The notes below the pieces were generated by a model that saw nothing but the letters and a program-made list of their open reading frames with translations, was not told where the DNA came from and made no database searches. A stretch of 64,000 bases of DNA from Candidatus Iainarchaeum sp. (GTDB lineage: Archaea; Iainarchaeota; Iainarchaeia; Iainarchaeales; GCA-2688035): the NCBI GenBank assembly GCA_017610175.1, contig JAFCCO010000001.1, positions 64,001 to 128,000 on the forward strand. The letters run 5' to 3'. Position numbers and translations under genes: made by a program. Shown in pieces: positions 47,424 through 57,700 of the stretch. Every line of letters starts with the position of its first letter. Positions within the stretch are counted from its first letter, which is position 1.

Positions 47424-47882
47424 ATGCCCAGAAACAGGCCACAGAGGAAAGCAATTCCAAAGAAGGCAGCATCTGTCATTGCCGGATTCAGGCAGGACAT
47501 TCACTCCCTTAACAGCAGTGTTCTTATAATCGGCCAGAAAATGAAGTATCTTGTAAGGAACGAAAAAATCCTTGGAAGAAACCTGATTGTTCTCAACAAA
47601 AAACACAAGGCCTTTGAGGCCAAAATTGTTTCGGGTGAAATCGGCGGGAAGGCAGGAACCTCTGAAATGTCCGCCGAGGTTGAGGCCCGCGTTAAGGATC
47701 TTGAAAGGAAAAACATTGAGCTTCAGGCACAGCTTGATTCATTCAAGCAGGGCCTTGCTTCGCAGGAACAGCTTCAGGAATTAAAGTATGTTATTGACAG
47801 CATTAACCCTTTGGAGCTTGCAACTCTTGAGCAGGTAAAGGAATTGATTGCGGAAAAGAAGGGCAAAAGGAAACAGGCCTAA
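47424..47882 (+). CDS. Coiled-coil hypothetical protein
   Basis: Heptad-like helices; basic N- and C-termini; INPLELAT motif near the C-terminus. Confidence 0.75.
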   Translation: MPRNRPQRKAIPKKAASVIAGFRQDIHSLNSSVLIIGQKMKYLVRNEKILGRNLIVLNKKHKAFEAKIVSGEIGGKAGTSEMSAEVEARVKDLERKNIELQAQLDSFKQGLASQEQLQELKYVIDSINPLELATLEQVKELIAEKKGKRKQA

Positions 47883-49405
47883 CGGGTTTCAACAAGTTCA
47901 GTGCAGGCACTCAACCCGGGCCTTAAGAGCACGCGGTAATTCTTTCTTCCCTTAAGCTGCACGCCAACATCGTTTCCCTGAACGATTTTCACCTTTGCCT
48001 TTGCCGCGTCAAGCATGCCGGGCTGCAAATCAATTTCGTGCGCAACAGAAACGGCATTTCCCACACCATACTGCTGCATTTCATTTAAGTCCTGAATAAT
48101 TGTTTTTGCAAGCTCGCTGTTTTCGTTCCTTCCAATAATGCTTTCCACCTGCGGGATAATAATCATGCTTCTGAGTTGCGCACTTGGGCCCTGTTTTTTG
48201 TAGTGCTCAAGCAGGCCGTGAATAATGCAGTGAAGCATTATTAGCGAGACCCTTTTGTCATGCCCCCCCATATTTACTATTCCTGCCCTGCCCAATCCGT
48301 GCAGCCAGCTTTTGCTGATTTCAGCAATGTTGTTTTCGCCGTCAAAAAGTTCGGGATACCTTAAATCCATTAGCTTTAGGATGCGTGCGGCGCGGCTTCT
48401 TTGGAATTCATTGAATTCCCCCCTTGTCTGCCTTGCCTTTACAATTCCGGAAACTTCTGCAAGGCTTGCAACCCTGTTTTCGTCAAGCACCTGCATTATT
48501 TCCTTTCCGGCAATTGTTTCATCCAGTCCAAACAATTCAAGCAACCCCTTTCTGTTCACACTTCCAAGGTCAACGCGCAGCTGCTGGGGGATAAAAAATT
48601 CTTTTGTCGGAAAGCCGATTGGCTCAATATCAACCTTGTAACTTTTCAAATCATCGCTTGCGGTTGTTCTCACACCCAACCCCTTAAAGCGCTTGTTCCA
48701 GTCAATCACAACCGCCGGAATGTTTGACAAAAGTGCGCCTTCAATAAGCAGGTGCAGCATGTGTGCACGGGCTTCTTTGCGTCCTCCTGAAACAACTGTT
48801 GATGAAAAAAGTGAAAGCGGCTCCTTTACCCCCATCTGCTCCCTTGTTATCCCAAGCATTAATTCCCCAAAGCTTATTGCTTTTCCAGCAGGCGCCGCTG
48901 CGGCAAAGCCTGACGGGATATGTGATGATGTTGAGAGGAGGGGCACAATCAGCGGCTGTGAGAAAAATGCCTGCTTTATTTGCTCGGGCGCCTGCTCAAG
49001 CTCCTGCAGCTGCAAATCATATGCCTTGCTTACGGCACTTATGGTTTTCACACTTGACCTGAGATTTTTGATGTTTGCCTCAACCTCTGCCGCAAACTTT
49101 TCTTCATCGTATTCCACATAGCTTGGTTTTGAACCAAGAATAAAGAACCTGGTTGTTTCCTTTTCATCGTGCTTTGTTATTGTAATAACTTCGCGGGGAA
49201 GGGTTTCAACAAACCCCTCCAGTTCCCCGACAGCGTGGAATACCTTGTAAACCTCCACAACCGAGCCCTTTACTTTTCCGCCCTCTTTTTCAAGAATGGA
49301 CACAAGGATTATGGATTCAGGGTTTGAGTATATTTCAACGTCGTATCCCTCGAAATTCCCTTTGAACATCTCCTTCCAGGGGCCGTCTTTTAAGCGGAAA
49401 TCCAT
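47879..49405 (-). CDS. HerA/VirB4/DUF853-like P-loop ATPase homolog with degenerate Walker motifs
   Basis: LMLG...STVVSGGRKEARAH..HLLIE.ALL..IPAVVID layout of a HerA-type N-terminus; Walker B position reads MIIIPQ; ..QYGVG..VSV motif. Confidence 0.65.
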   Translation of the reverse strand: MDFRLKDGPWKEMFKGNFEGYDVEIYSNPESIILVSILEKEGGKVKGSVVEVYKVFHAVGELEGFVETLPREVITITKHDEKETTRFFILGSKPSYVEYDEEKFAAEVEANIKNLRSSVKTISAVSKAYDLQLQELEQAPEQIKQAFFSQPLIVPLLSTSSHIPSGFAAAAPAGKAISFGELMLGITREQMGVKEPLSLFSSTVVSGGRKEARAHMLHLLIEGALLSNIPAVVIDWNKRFKGLGVRTTASDDLKSYKVDIEPIGFPTKEFFIPQQLRVDLGSVNRKGLLELFGLDETIAGKEIMQVLDENRVASLAEVSGIVKARQTRGEFNEFQRSRAARILKLMDLRYPELFDGENNIAEISKSWLHGLGRAGIVNMGGHDKRVSLIMLHCIIHGLLEHYKKQGPSAQLRSMIIIPQVESIIGRNENSELAKTIIQDLNEMQQYGVGNAVSVAHEIDLQPGMLDAAKAKVKIVQGNDVGVQLKGRKNYRVLLRPGLSACTELVETR

Positions 49406-49474
49406 AGTAATCAGTTAATCATTAACGAGAACTTATTTATATAGGTAATTATTATATAGATAAGTAAAATATAA

Positions 49475-50014
49475 ATGTTGGTTACGATGGTAAACAGGGA
49501 AGTTGTGCTTCAGACCATAAAAAAGATGAAGGAAAGCGGAATTGATAACTCAGTTATCAAGGCCACCTTGAAGGACATTGGCTTGAATGACGAGGAGTCA
49601 AAGCAGTATATGAAAGAGGCCGCAGGCGAAAAGGCTGAGGCAAAGAAAGAGGCCGATATTGTGCAGGACCAGATTGCCGAAAAGACCGCCGAGAAAACAG
49701 CTGAAAAAATCAAGGAAGAGCTTGTTGCCGAGAATGAAGAGCGTGAATTGAGGGACACAACACAGCGCGTTGTTTTGGAGGAGCAGAAGTCAAAGATGGA
49801 GGATGTTGAAAAAGGTGTCGGCAAGCTTCATCAAAAAATTGAGTCTCTTGCAACTCCCGCCAACAAGGAATTAAGCGGAAACATAGCCGTGCTTGAACAG
49901 CGCATTAACGGGATTGATAAAAAGATTTCCGACCTTAAGGCAATCAATACCGCAACAAAGGACTTGATGGAAAAGGTTCTTGAAGCAAACCGCAAGATTC
50001 TAACCAAGCTTTAG
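49475..50014 (+). CDS. Coiled-coil hypothetical protein
   Basis: Small helical N-terminal domain (ESGIDNSVIKATLKDIGL) followed by a long Glu/Lys coiled coil. Confidence 0.8.
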   Translation: MLVTMVNREVVLQTIKKMKESGIDNSVIKATLKDIGLNDEESKQYMKEAAGEKAEAKKEADIVQDQIAEKTAEKTAEKIKEELVAENEERELRDTTQRVVLEEQKSKMEDVEKGVGKLHQKIESLATPANKELSGNIAVLEQRINGIDKKISDLKAINTATKDLMEKVLEANRKILTKL

Positions 50015-50382
50015 CCAAACAGTTTCTTGGCCGAGTCTTTTGTTTTTTTTGCGGCTTCCCCTAATTTCTTTGGCTTGAACTTCCACTTTGTCATTGTCCT
50101 TGAATTCATGCTCGCGACCTGTTCGTAGTCTGAAAAAAAGGTCTCGCCTGTTCTTGCGCCCATTTCCTTTATTCCGTCTATCCACACGGTTTGGTCCGGA
50201 ACCTGCCCCTCCGCTTCCTCCATCTCATCCATTATTTTTGAGCCGAAATTTTTTGCGGAAGGGTAATTGAATACAAAAAATGATGCAATGGCTGTGACCA
50301 CCGCGGGAATTGGCATCTCAAACCAGATAAAGAACATGCATGCAAAGAGAAGAAATATTCCTATGGCCGGGTTCAAAATCAT
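50011..50382 (-). CDS. Small membrane protein (2 TM plus amphipathic tail)
   Basis: Last gene of a translationally coupled run. Confidence 0.75.
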   Translation of the reverse strand: MILNPAIGIFLLFACMFFIWFEMPIPAVVTAIASFFVFNYPSAKNFGSKIMDEMEEAEGQVPDQTVWIDGIKEMGARTGETFFSDYEQVASMNSRTMTKWKFKPKKLGEAAKKTKDSAKKLFG

Positions 50383-50705
50383 TCGCCCCCGCCCATCAGC
50401 CCTGAATACATGTCCGGGCTGTAGTATTCGGGTTGCTGCTCTCCGCCCCCGCCCTGCTTTACTCCAAAAATCAGTGCAAAGATAACAAGCCCGAAGAAAA
50501 CGAACGGCCAGTAGGGCTCAAGGCTTGACCTAAACATATATAATGCAGCCATTGCCACAACAAGAATTATTGTTGCGGAAACGCTTCTCATTGTAAGGAT
50601 TGTCACCGCAACAACCGCAAAAGCCAGCCAGTTTTCGTTGAACTGGACGGCAAGCATCATCAGAACGAGCGCGATCATGAAGGTAAACGAGTCCATTAAT
50701 AGCAC
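50379..50705 (-). CDS. Small membrane protein (about 4 TM)
   Basis: Hydrophobic; Gly-rich tail GGGGEQQP, as in 51348-51722. Confidence 0.78.
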   Translation of the reverse strand: MLLMDSFTFMIALVLMMLAVQFNENWLAFAVVAVTILTMRSVSATIILVVAMAALYMFRSSLEPYWPFVFFGLVIFALIFGVKQGGGGEQQPEYYSPDMYSGLMGGGE

Positions 50706-50978
50706 CTAATCAAATATCTTTACCTTCTCAAACAAAGTGTTTCCAAACGTTGCAAACAGGAAAATCAGCACCGGAATGAACACAAGCTGCGGGAACTGAA
50801 TTACTGTCAGGTAAACTACAATTACTGCAAACAAAATCGCAAGCTTTGCGCTCCCCAAAGCCTTTTTTGCCCAGCTGAAAATCCACACAAGGTAGAACAG
50901 TGAGAGCACTACCCAAATGTTGTCAAGCAAAGGATCCGCAAAGGGCCCGCTTACCGCAAGAATTGGCATCAAATCCAT
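50706..50978 (-). CDS. Small membrane protein (3 TM), paralog family
   Basis: WIFSWAKKALGSAKLAILFAVIVVYLTVI. Confidence 0.8.
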   Translation of the reverse strand: MDLMPILAVSGPFADPLLDNIWVVLSLFYLVWIFSWAKKALGSAKLAILFAVIVVYLTVIQFPQLVFIPVLIFLFATFGNTLFEKVKIFD

Positions 50979-51025
50979 TTTGTTTTCCTCATTAAATTAA
51001 TGAATCTTATCTAATAAATTCCTTT

Positions 51026-51346
51026 CTATTTCTTCATATTCATCCCAATTCCCCACACAATTACCGAAAGGAAAGAGAATCCCATCAGAAAGTACAGCAG
51101 AATGTATGCTGAGGCCGTAAAGTAAGCCCACTTAATTACAAGGAAATAAACAAGGGCTGCTGAAATTATAAGCGAAATTACGCTGTTTCCAATGTATCCC
51201 CTCACAGTCGCAAAAATTATTATCGCAAGAATTATTCTCATAATGATGTCTGCAATCGGGAAAACCGCCATAATAACCGGGGGGATTAATGCAACAACCA
51301 CAAAGGCGGCAAGAATTATCAGCACAAGATTGCCTTTCTCATTCAA
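51026..51346 (-). CDS. Small membrane protein, paralog family, possible class III signal peptide
   Basis: TTG start at 51346 after GGAGG: MNEKG|NLVLIILAAFVVV; IIFATVRGYIGNSVISLIISAALVYFLVI. Confidence 0.8.
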   Translation of the reverse strand: MNEKGNLVLIILAAFVVVALIPPVIMAVFPIADIIMRIILAIIIFATVRGYIGNSVISLIISAALVYFLVIKWAYFTASAYILLYFLMGFSFLSVIVWGIGMNMKK

Positions 51347-51347
51347 C

Positions 51348-51722
51348 TTAACGCCTCCCTCTTGCAGGGGCTCTTGCCCTTGCGCCCTGTCCGGAAGCAA
51401 CCCTCTTGGCAAGGTCTGCCCCGCTGCTTATTGGGCTCTGCTCTCCACCGCCTGAACCTCCTCCGACAAAGAAAAAGTCAATAAGGATTCCGGCCGCGCC
51501 CATCACAAGCAGCATCATAAGAACGTAAACCGTTTCAAAAAACCACGCATAGGGTGACAAAAGCATAAAGTATGCAAACCCGACAATCAACACGATTGAA
51601 ACAGGCCCCTTTCCCAAATGGTTTACCGCAAAGGAAATTATTGTGAGCAGTATGAATATCTTTAGGACAAAGGTCATGTCCCGAAAAAACTCCATTATGA
51701 ACAGCATGGCTAAGTCTATCAT
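51348..51722 (-). CDS. Small membrane protein (3 TM plus basic tail), paralog family
   Basis: TIISFAVNHLGKGPVSIVLIVGFAYFMLL; ends ARARAPARGRR. Confidence 0.8.
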   Translation of the reverse strand: MIDLAMLFIMEFFRDMTFVLKIFILLTIISFAVNHLGKGPVSIVLIVGFAYFMLLSPYAWFFETVYVLMMLLVMGAAGILIDFFFVGGGSGGGEQSPISSGADLAKRVASGQGARARAPARGRR

Positions 51723-51762
51723 GCAATAACCTTAACGATTAACTGGTTTAAAATGGTTTTGC

Positions 51763-54700
51763 CTAGCTGCCGTAGCCAATGCAGGTCTGGTCTGCTGCAA
51801 GGCCTTCCTCTATTTCACTAAGGCTGCTGTAGCTTCCCACCATTTCGTAAAGTGTTTTTGGGTTCCACCAGAAAGACGTCTCGGAACCGGTGTCTGTCAC
51901 GCAAACGTCTCCGGCCTCAACAAGCTCAAAGAGGTCCTGGAGTTCTGCAACACTGTCCCTTGCTGATTTGCTGTTGTTGTTCATTGTGGAAATTCCCTTC
52001 AATTCGACCGATGATGCCAGTGCGCTGTCAGGCGTTAGGAATGCAAGCCCTTCCGGAGCAATTCCCTTAAGTGCAAAAGAGCCGTTGGTTGGAGTGTAAA
52101 TATATGTTTTGAGGTAGACGTCTCCCGAGCGCTCTGCGTCCTTCCAGTCAAGTGCGTAAGCATACTGCCACACTGCAAGCGGGTCCCCTGAAACTCCTTC
52201 CCTGTCAGGGGTATTTGAGAACTTTTCAAACACAGGGATTCCTGTAAAGTCAAGGCACTGCCCTGCTCCCGTCCAAAAGCTAAGGCTGCTTCCAACCTCC
52301 TGCGGCTGGTCAACATCAAGCAGTTCAAAGAATGCCGAGAACGGTTCGTCCGTTGAGCCCTTGTTTATTACCATCATAACAGGTGTTGCGTAGTGGGGGT
52401 AGAAAAGCAGGTCGTTTTCGTTGTAGCTTGAACCCCTCTTAATTTTAAGCAGCATTCCCCTGTTTGAGGCAAGTGAATTAATGTTCTTAAAGCCAAAGAC
52501 AGTGTCAGTATTTAGCGTGCTGACCGTTGTGGAGCCGGAAATCTCCTCTGTATTGACAAGTATTCCGTCATCGCTGTTGACTGTGAAAGCGTCTCCTGCG
52601 TTTATGTAGTCCAATCCGTATCCTACACGCCCGTTAGAGGTTGTTTTTCCAAGCTCTCCGTTGAATGGCAGGTAGTAGAAGATGCTGTTCGGGAACGGTT
52701 CCTCTGCAATGTACATGCTTATCTCAATTTCGGCTGTTGGGTCTCCGCTCGTGTCAAACAGTGTAAAGTCCTTGTTCTCAAAGTCAATCTTTAGCAAAAT
52801 ATCGTACTTTCCGGCGTTTGAGAGCTTTGTTGAATTAACATATCTTCTAACGAAGTGCATTCTGCTTGTGTCGCCAAAGTAATCTATGAATGCACCGTCT
52901 CCTCTGCTCACAAACCACTCAGGTGCGTCCATGAAAGCAATCTCATCATAGTAATCCACAAAGTCGCTCTGGAAATCTGTGCTGTATCCGTCCTCCATAA
53001 GGCTTACTTTGAATTGCACGTAGTCCCTGAAGTCGTTCAGGTTCTGTATCTCATCAGTCCACACAACCTCTCCGAACTCGTCCATTTCCTCCAAATAATA
53101 TTCAAGCGCGGGCTTTCCATCAAAGAGCCTTGTTGAGTAGGGCAGCCAGCAGGTGCCCTCTTCCTGTGTTCCGGGAATAAGGAATGAAACAGTCAGGCTG
53201 CTTGTCCTGTCCTGGTATTCGGCATCAAAGTATTCCGGGACCTCTGAGTTAACGTCGTTTCTGTTTATTGTGTCCTCGCTAATCAGCTTTGCCCTTGCGC
53301 TGTAGTAGCCGCTGCTTTCCGGCAGGTCAACAAAGCCGCATGAAACAGTTTCTGTGCTTCCGGCCGGCACAAACGCTGCCTGTGTGCATGTTTGTTGCCC
53401 AGCGCTTAGTGAAATTCCGCCTGGTGCCACAAGGTATATTTCAATATCCCCGCTTTTGTCAAACCCTGAGTTGTTTTCAATTTTGACTGCTACTGCGGCG
53501 GTTGTTCCCGCAACGCTTTTCTCTATTGCGCTTAGGCCCATTGTTCCGCTTGGAACTTCGTGCGTTTCCATCGGAGCCTGGATTTGCTCCAGCACAAGCA
53601 TTGCCGGGTTGTCCGGGCAGGTTATTACAGGGTTTTCTTTGAGGAAGTCCTCAAGTATTTTGATTCTCTTGGTTAGCATTATTCCAAACTGTGTTGCGTC
53701 ACAGTATATTCCGTTTGGGTTTTCCGCAAGGCAGCTTTCGTTTGTTATTCCGCTTACTTCGTTCCATGCCCATGAGAGCTTTACGCGTGGCAGTGCATCA
53801 TATCCTGTTGTTCCAAACATTGTGCCCTGCAGGCAGCCTGATTCCGGCCTGTATGGCGGAATCTTGTCAATAATTGTCTTTGTGTTGAATTTTAGGTGTA
53901 TTCTTTGTGTGAATGTTTCGGCGCTTATGTCCGGCACATTGAATGGCCCAAAGTCTCCGTCGTCTCCTGGAATTATTGTTGGGTTTGCGTGGTTGTGCTT
54001 TGTTGCGCTAAAAGCGGTTGTTCCGTAAACAGGTTCAGATTCCTCCAGAGCAGTATTTTCAAACACAACAGCCACATCCTGCCGCTCCCATGTCCCAAAT
54101 ACCTTGGCGTCCTCGGTATTCCAGGTTCCAGCAATTCCCTGCCTGTCAATTGTTAGTGGCAGGGCGTCTTCCTTCAGGTTAATTATGTAATCCACAAGCG
54201 GCTGCTGCACGCGCTGGGCGCATGGGTCGTCATCCGCTCCAAACAGGCCTCCGAGCAGCCCTCCTGCAAGCGCCCCAAGCGCTGCAAATGTTCCTGTAAT
54301 TGCCCAGAAGTCCCCTTTCTGCATTGAGGACGCCATTGCCATTCCCTCTGCCGCTTTTGAAGCGGCTTTTGCCGCCTTCAATGCATTCTTCACCGCAGGG
54401 ACGGCGTCGTCAATTCCTTTTATTGAATTCTTAAGCTGGTCACTTATTGTGTCTTTTATTGTGTCTTTGGCGCTGCCCATTGCAGTTTTCATGGCTTCGT
54501 TTTCGGCTTCCATCTCAGCCAGTTGCTCGGTTTTGAATGCTTGTAATTCTACTATTGCCTCATCAATTGCTGCCTCGCACGCTGCTCCTGGGCAAGTGGG
54601 AACACACTTCGGTGGGCAACAGGTTCCAGGGGCACAGCTTCTGGCAAGGCAGGGTGGGCGTGCTGCGTTCATTGCAGTGGTTAGTGCATCAATTTCCGCC

Positions 54701-57700
54701 TCTGTGCTTGCAATTTCTTCGGGAATCTTTTTTCCAAGGTCGTCAGTAATTATTTCCTGCCCTTGCTTTGTTGCGTCAGTCATTGTGTCGCTTGCTTGCC
54801 CTGCAAGTTTTCCGGAGCCCTTAAAACCGCTTTTTCCGAATCCAAGGAATCCTCCACTTCCGCCTGAAGTGTCGAAGAAGCTTGCGGCCGCATCAAGGTT
54901 TGGTGGTTTCTCTCCGGCCGATTTTGGAGTTGCGTTCTTTTGCCCTTGTGAATAATTGTTTTGTGCCTCGCCTGCCATATCCTGTGCTTCTGTTGCCTTG
55001 TCAAGCCCGTCCTGTGCTGTGTCTGCAAAGTCTTGTGTATTGTCAAGAGCGGCATCGGTTGCTTGCTGTATGCCCTCGGTTGCTGCCGTTAATGACTGGG
55101 CAGCTCCTGTTACTGCGCCTCCGGCTTGGCAAACAGTGTCAACCTGTGCGGCTTTTCCTGTTTCAAGTGCTTTGCTGGCTTTTTGAGTTGCATCAGCGGT
55201 TTCCTTTGCCTTTTCGGCCGCTTCAACTGCTTTGTCCGCGCTGTCAACCGCTGTTTGGGAGGCTTCCGCTGCTTTTGATGCGGCATCGCCTGCTTTTGTT
55301 GCTGCGTCCCCTCCGTCTGTTATTGCCTGGTCGTCAACTGATTCGGCAGCCTTTTGTGCGCCCTGCCCTGCTTTCAGCGCTTGCTGGGCTCCCATAATTC
55401 CTCCGATTGCGGCTCCGACTCCTGCGCCCGCAAGGTTGAAGAGTTCCTCTTCCTGTTCCTCTGCCATTCCCCAGGCACATGCGCTTGCGTCAACCGTAAC
55501 CATTTCGGAGAGGCTTTTGTTCTTCAGCTGTGCTGTGTCCTTGTTTCCCTGCCCTTTGATGTTGAATTCGTATTTGTCAAGTGAGAAAATGTCGTGCTCT
55601 GACATGTCCACAAACACGTCAAGCAGCTTCACTTTTTTGAAGCTTCTTCCAGGAGTTCTTGCCGAAACCCATACTCCGTACAGTCCGGGAATTGTCTGGC
55701 GCATTACTGTTATTTCCTGCACCGGGTTGGTTGGGGTTGTTGAAAATTTTTGCGGCATTACATTTATTCCGCCCTCTGCCCCGCCGCTGCATCCTGTGTC
55801 GTTTCTGCAGAGTGAAAAGTCAATTGTTGTGTTTCCGCAGTTGCTTGCGTCAACCACAAATGTTGTGCTTCCGTTTTCAACGCCTGGAACAAGCACAACC
55901 GATTCCGCGCCCTCGTACGTTACACAGCTTTCAAGGTTCATTATTTTGATTGATGAATCTATATAGCTTGGGGAGCTTCCGACCTTTTGGTAGCCTGTTC
56001 CCTCGCCTGTAAACATTTCCCCGTCAATTGAAACCTGGAATTCGGCGTCCTGCCCAAGGTAGCCTTGGAGGGGGGTAAATGTAAGCAGGCCGTAGTAAAG
56101 CCCTTCTTCGCGAACGTCCTCAAACATTCTTGACCAGACAATTGGCTTGAGTGTTTCAATATTGCTTTCAGCTGAAAGGGCGTCCTGCAGGCTTAATTCA
56201 ACGTTTCCCATTATGTCGCTTTGCCAGTCTATTTTTGCAACAAGCCTGTCGAGCGGTAGGAATTTTCCCTTGCTCATGCAGTTGTTCTGCACCTCAAACT
56301 CGAGCACTGCCGCATTTCCTTGTGTTGTTGTTTCCCACTTGCTTTTTGTTATTACAACACAGTCTTCTGTTTCAGGCAGGCCGCTTATTGTTACGTTTAC
56401 CTTTAGGGGGATTATAAAGTCGTAGACAGCTCCAGCGTCCTTGTTTTCAAATGTAAGCCAGACGCTTCCCTCAAGCTTTTCCGCTTTCCTCAGGATTTCC
56501 GAAGCGTTCTCGCTGAGCTTTACCTTAACAAGCTCTACTTCCCTTACCTCATTTCCTTCAATTGTTGTTCCCTGGAACTGCCCAAGGTAGTTGGCCATTG
56601 TGGCTTCATCCAAAAGGCCTTTGAACCGCCCGCTTATGTTTGTTCTTGTCAGTTCAAGCTCGCTTGGGATAATGTTTGTTATTTCAATAAATTTGTTTGC
56701 CTCTGGCTCGTCCTTTGTTGAGAGATTTGAGGTTATTTGTTCCGGCGAAAAGAGTAGAACGTTTGCGTCAACAAACAGTTCAATCGGTTCTGCGGCATAG
56801 CCCGGCTTTTCCGCCCTGATTGTTATTTTTGTTCCCGCTGAAGAGGCCGGGATTGTAAAGCTTGCTTTTCCCAAACTGTTTGTTGTGTCTGTCCAGCTTT
56901 GCTCTGTCCTGTTGTAGGCGCTTTTTGTAATGCTTACTATTGCGTTTTGCAACTCAAACTTTTGCCCTCCATCAACCAATTCGTAGATTGTAACGTCCAT
57001 TGGTGTTGCGACAAAGGATGGAACCACAAGCGGCTGAACCTCTATTGCCATGTTCTTTTCGGATACAGCGCGAATTGAAACAATTTTTTGGAACACGATT
57101 TTTCCGTCTGCAACCACCTTTATTTCAAAGCTGTCCGAGCCAAGCTCTGTTGGCTTGAACTTAAGTTTTGCGTTAACCGTTTTGCCTTTGGTGAAGTTTC
57201 CAAGGCTGATTTCATCAACCGTCCTTACCCTGATGTTTTCGGCGGTAATTGTTCTTGCGTCCGCGTCCTGTATTTCGTATTCTGTTATCAGGAATGTTTC
57301 ATCCAACCCTATTATTGACAGTTCACTGTCGCTGTAAACTGTGCTGCTGTTGTTTGAGATAATAAAGTTGAATACATGTGGGCTGTTGACGCGTGCCTCG
57401 TACGGTGCATATATGTAAAGCCCTTCCTCTTCGTCAAGAATCCATTCGCCGCTGTAGCAGAAGTCTTCGTCGCACTCCGCAAGCTCTCCCTCGTAATATT
57501 CCAGGAAATATGATTTTGCGTAGAGGGCCTGCTTTTGTGAGCTGCTTTCCTCAACCCCTAGTGTGCTGTCGTAGGGGTCCCTTTCAATTGCGTCGTCAAC
57601 CTCTGTCCACGCCCTGTAGTGCATTGGAAGCATTGTTTGCGGTGTTATCTGGCTTTTTACCCTTACTTCAATTCCAAAGAAATAGTTTGCGGCCTCTATG

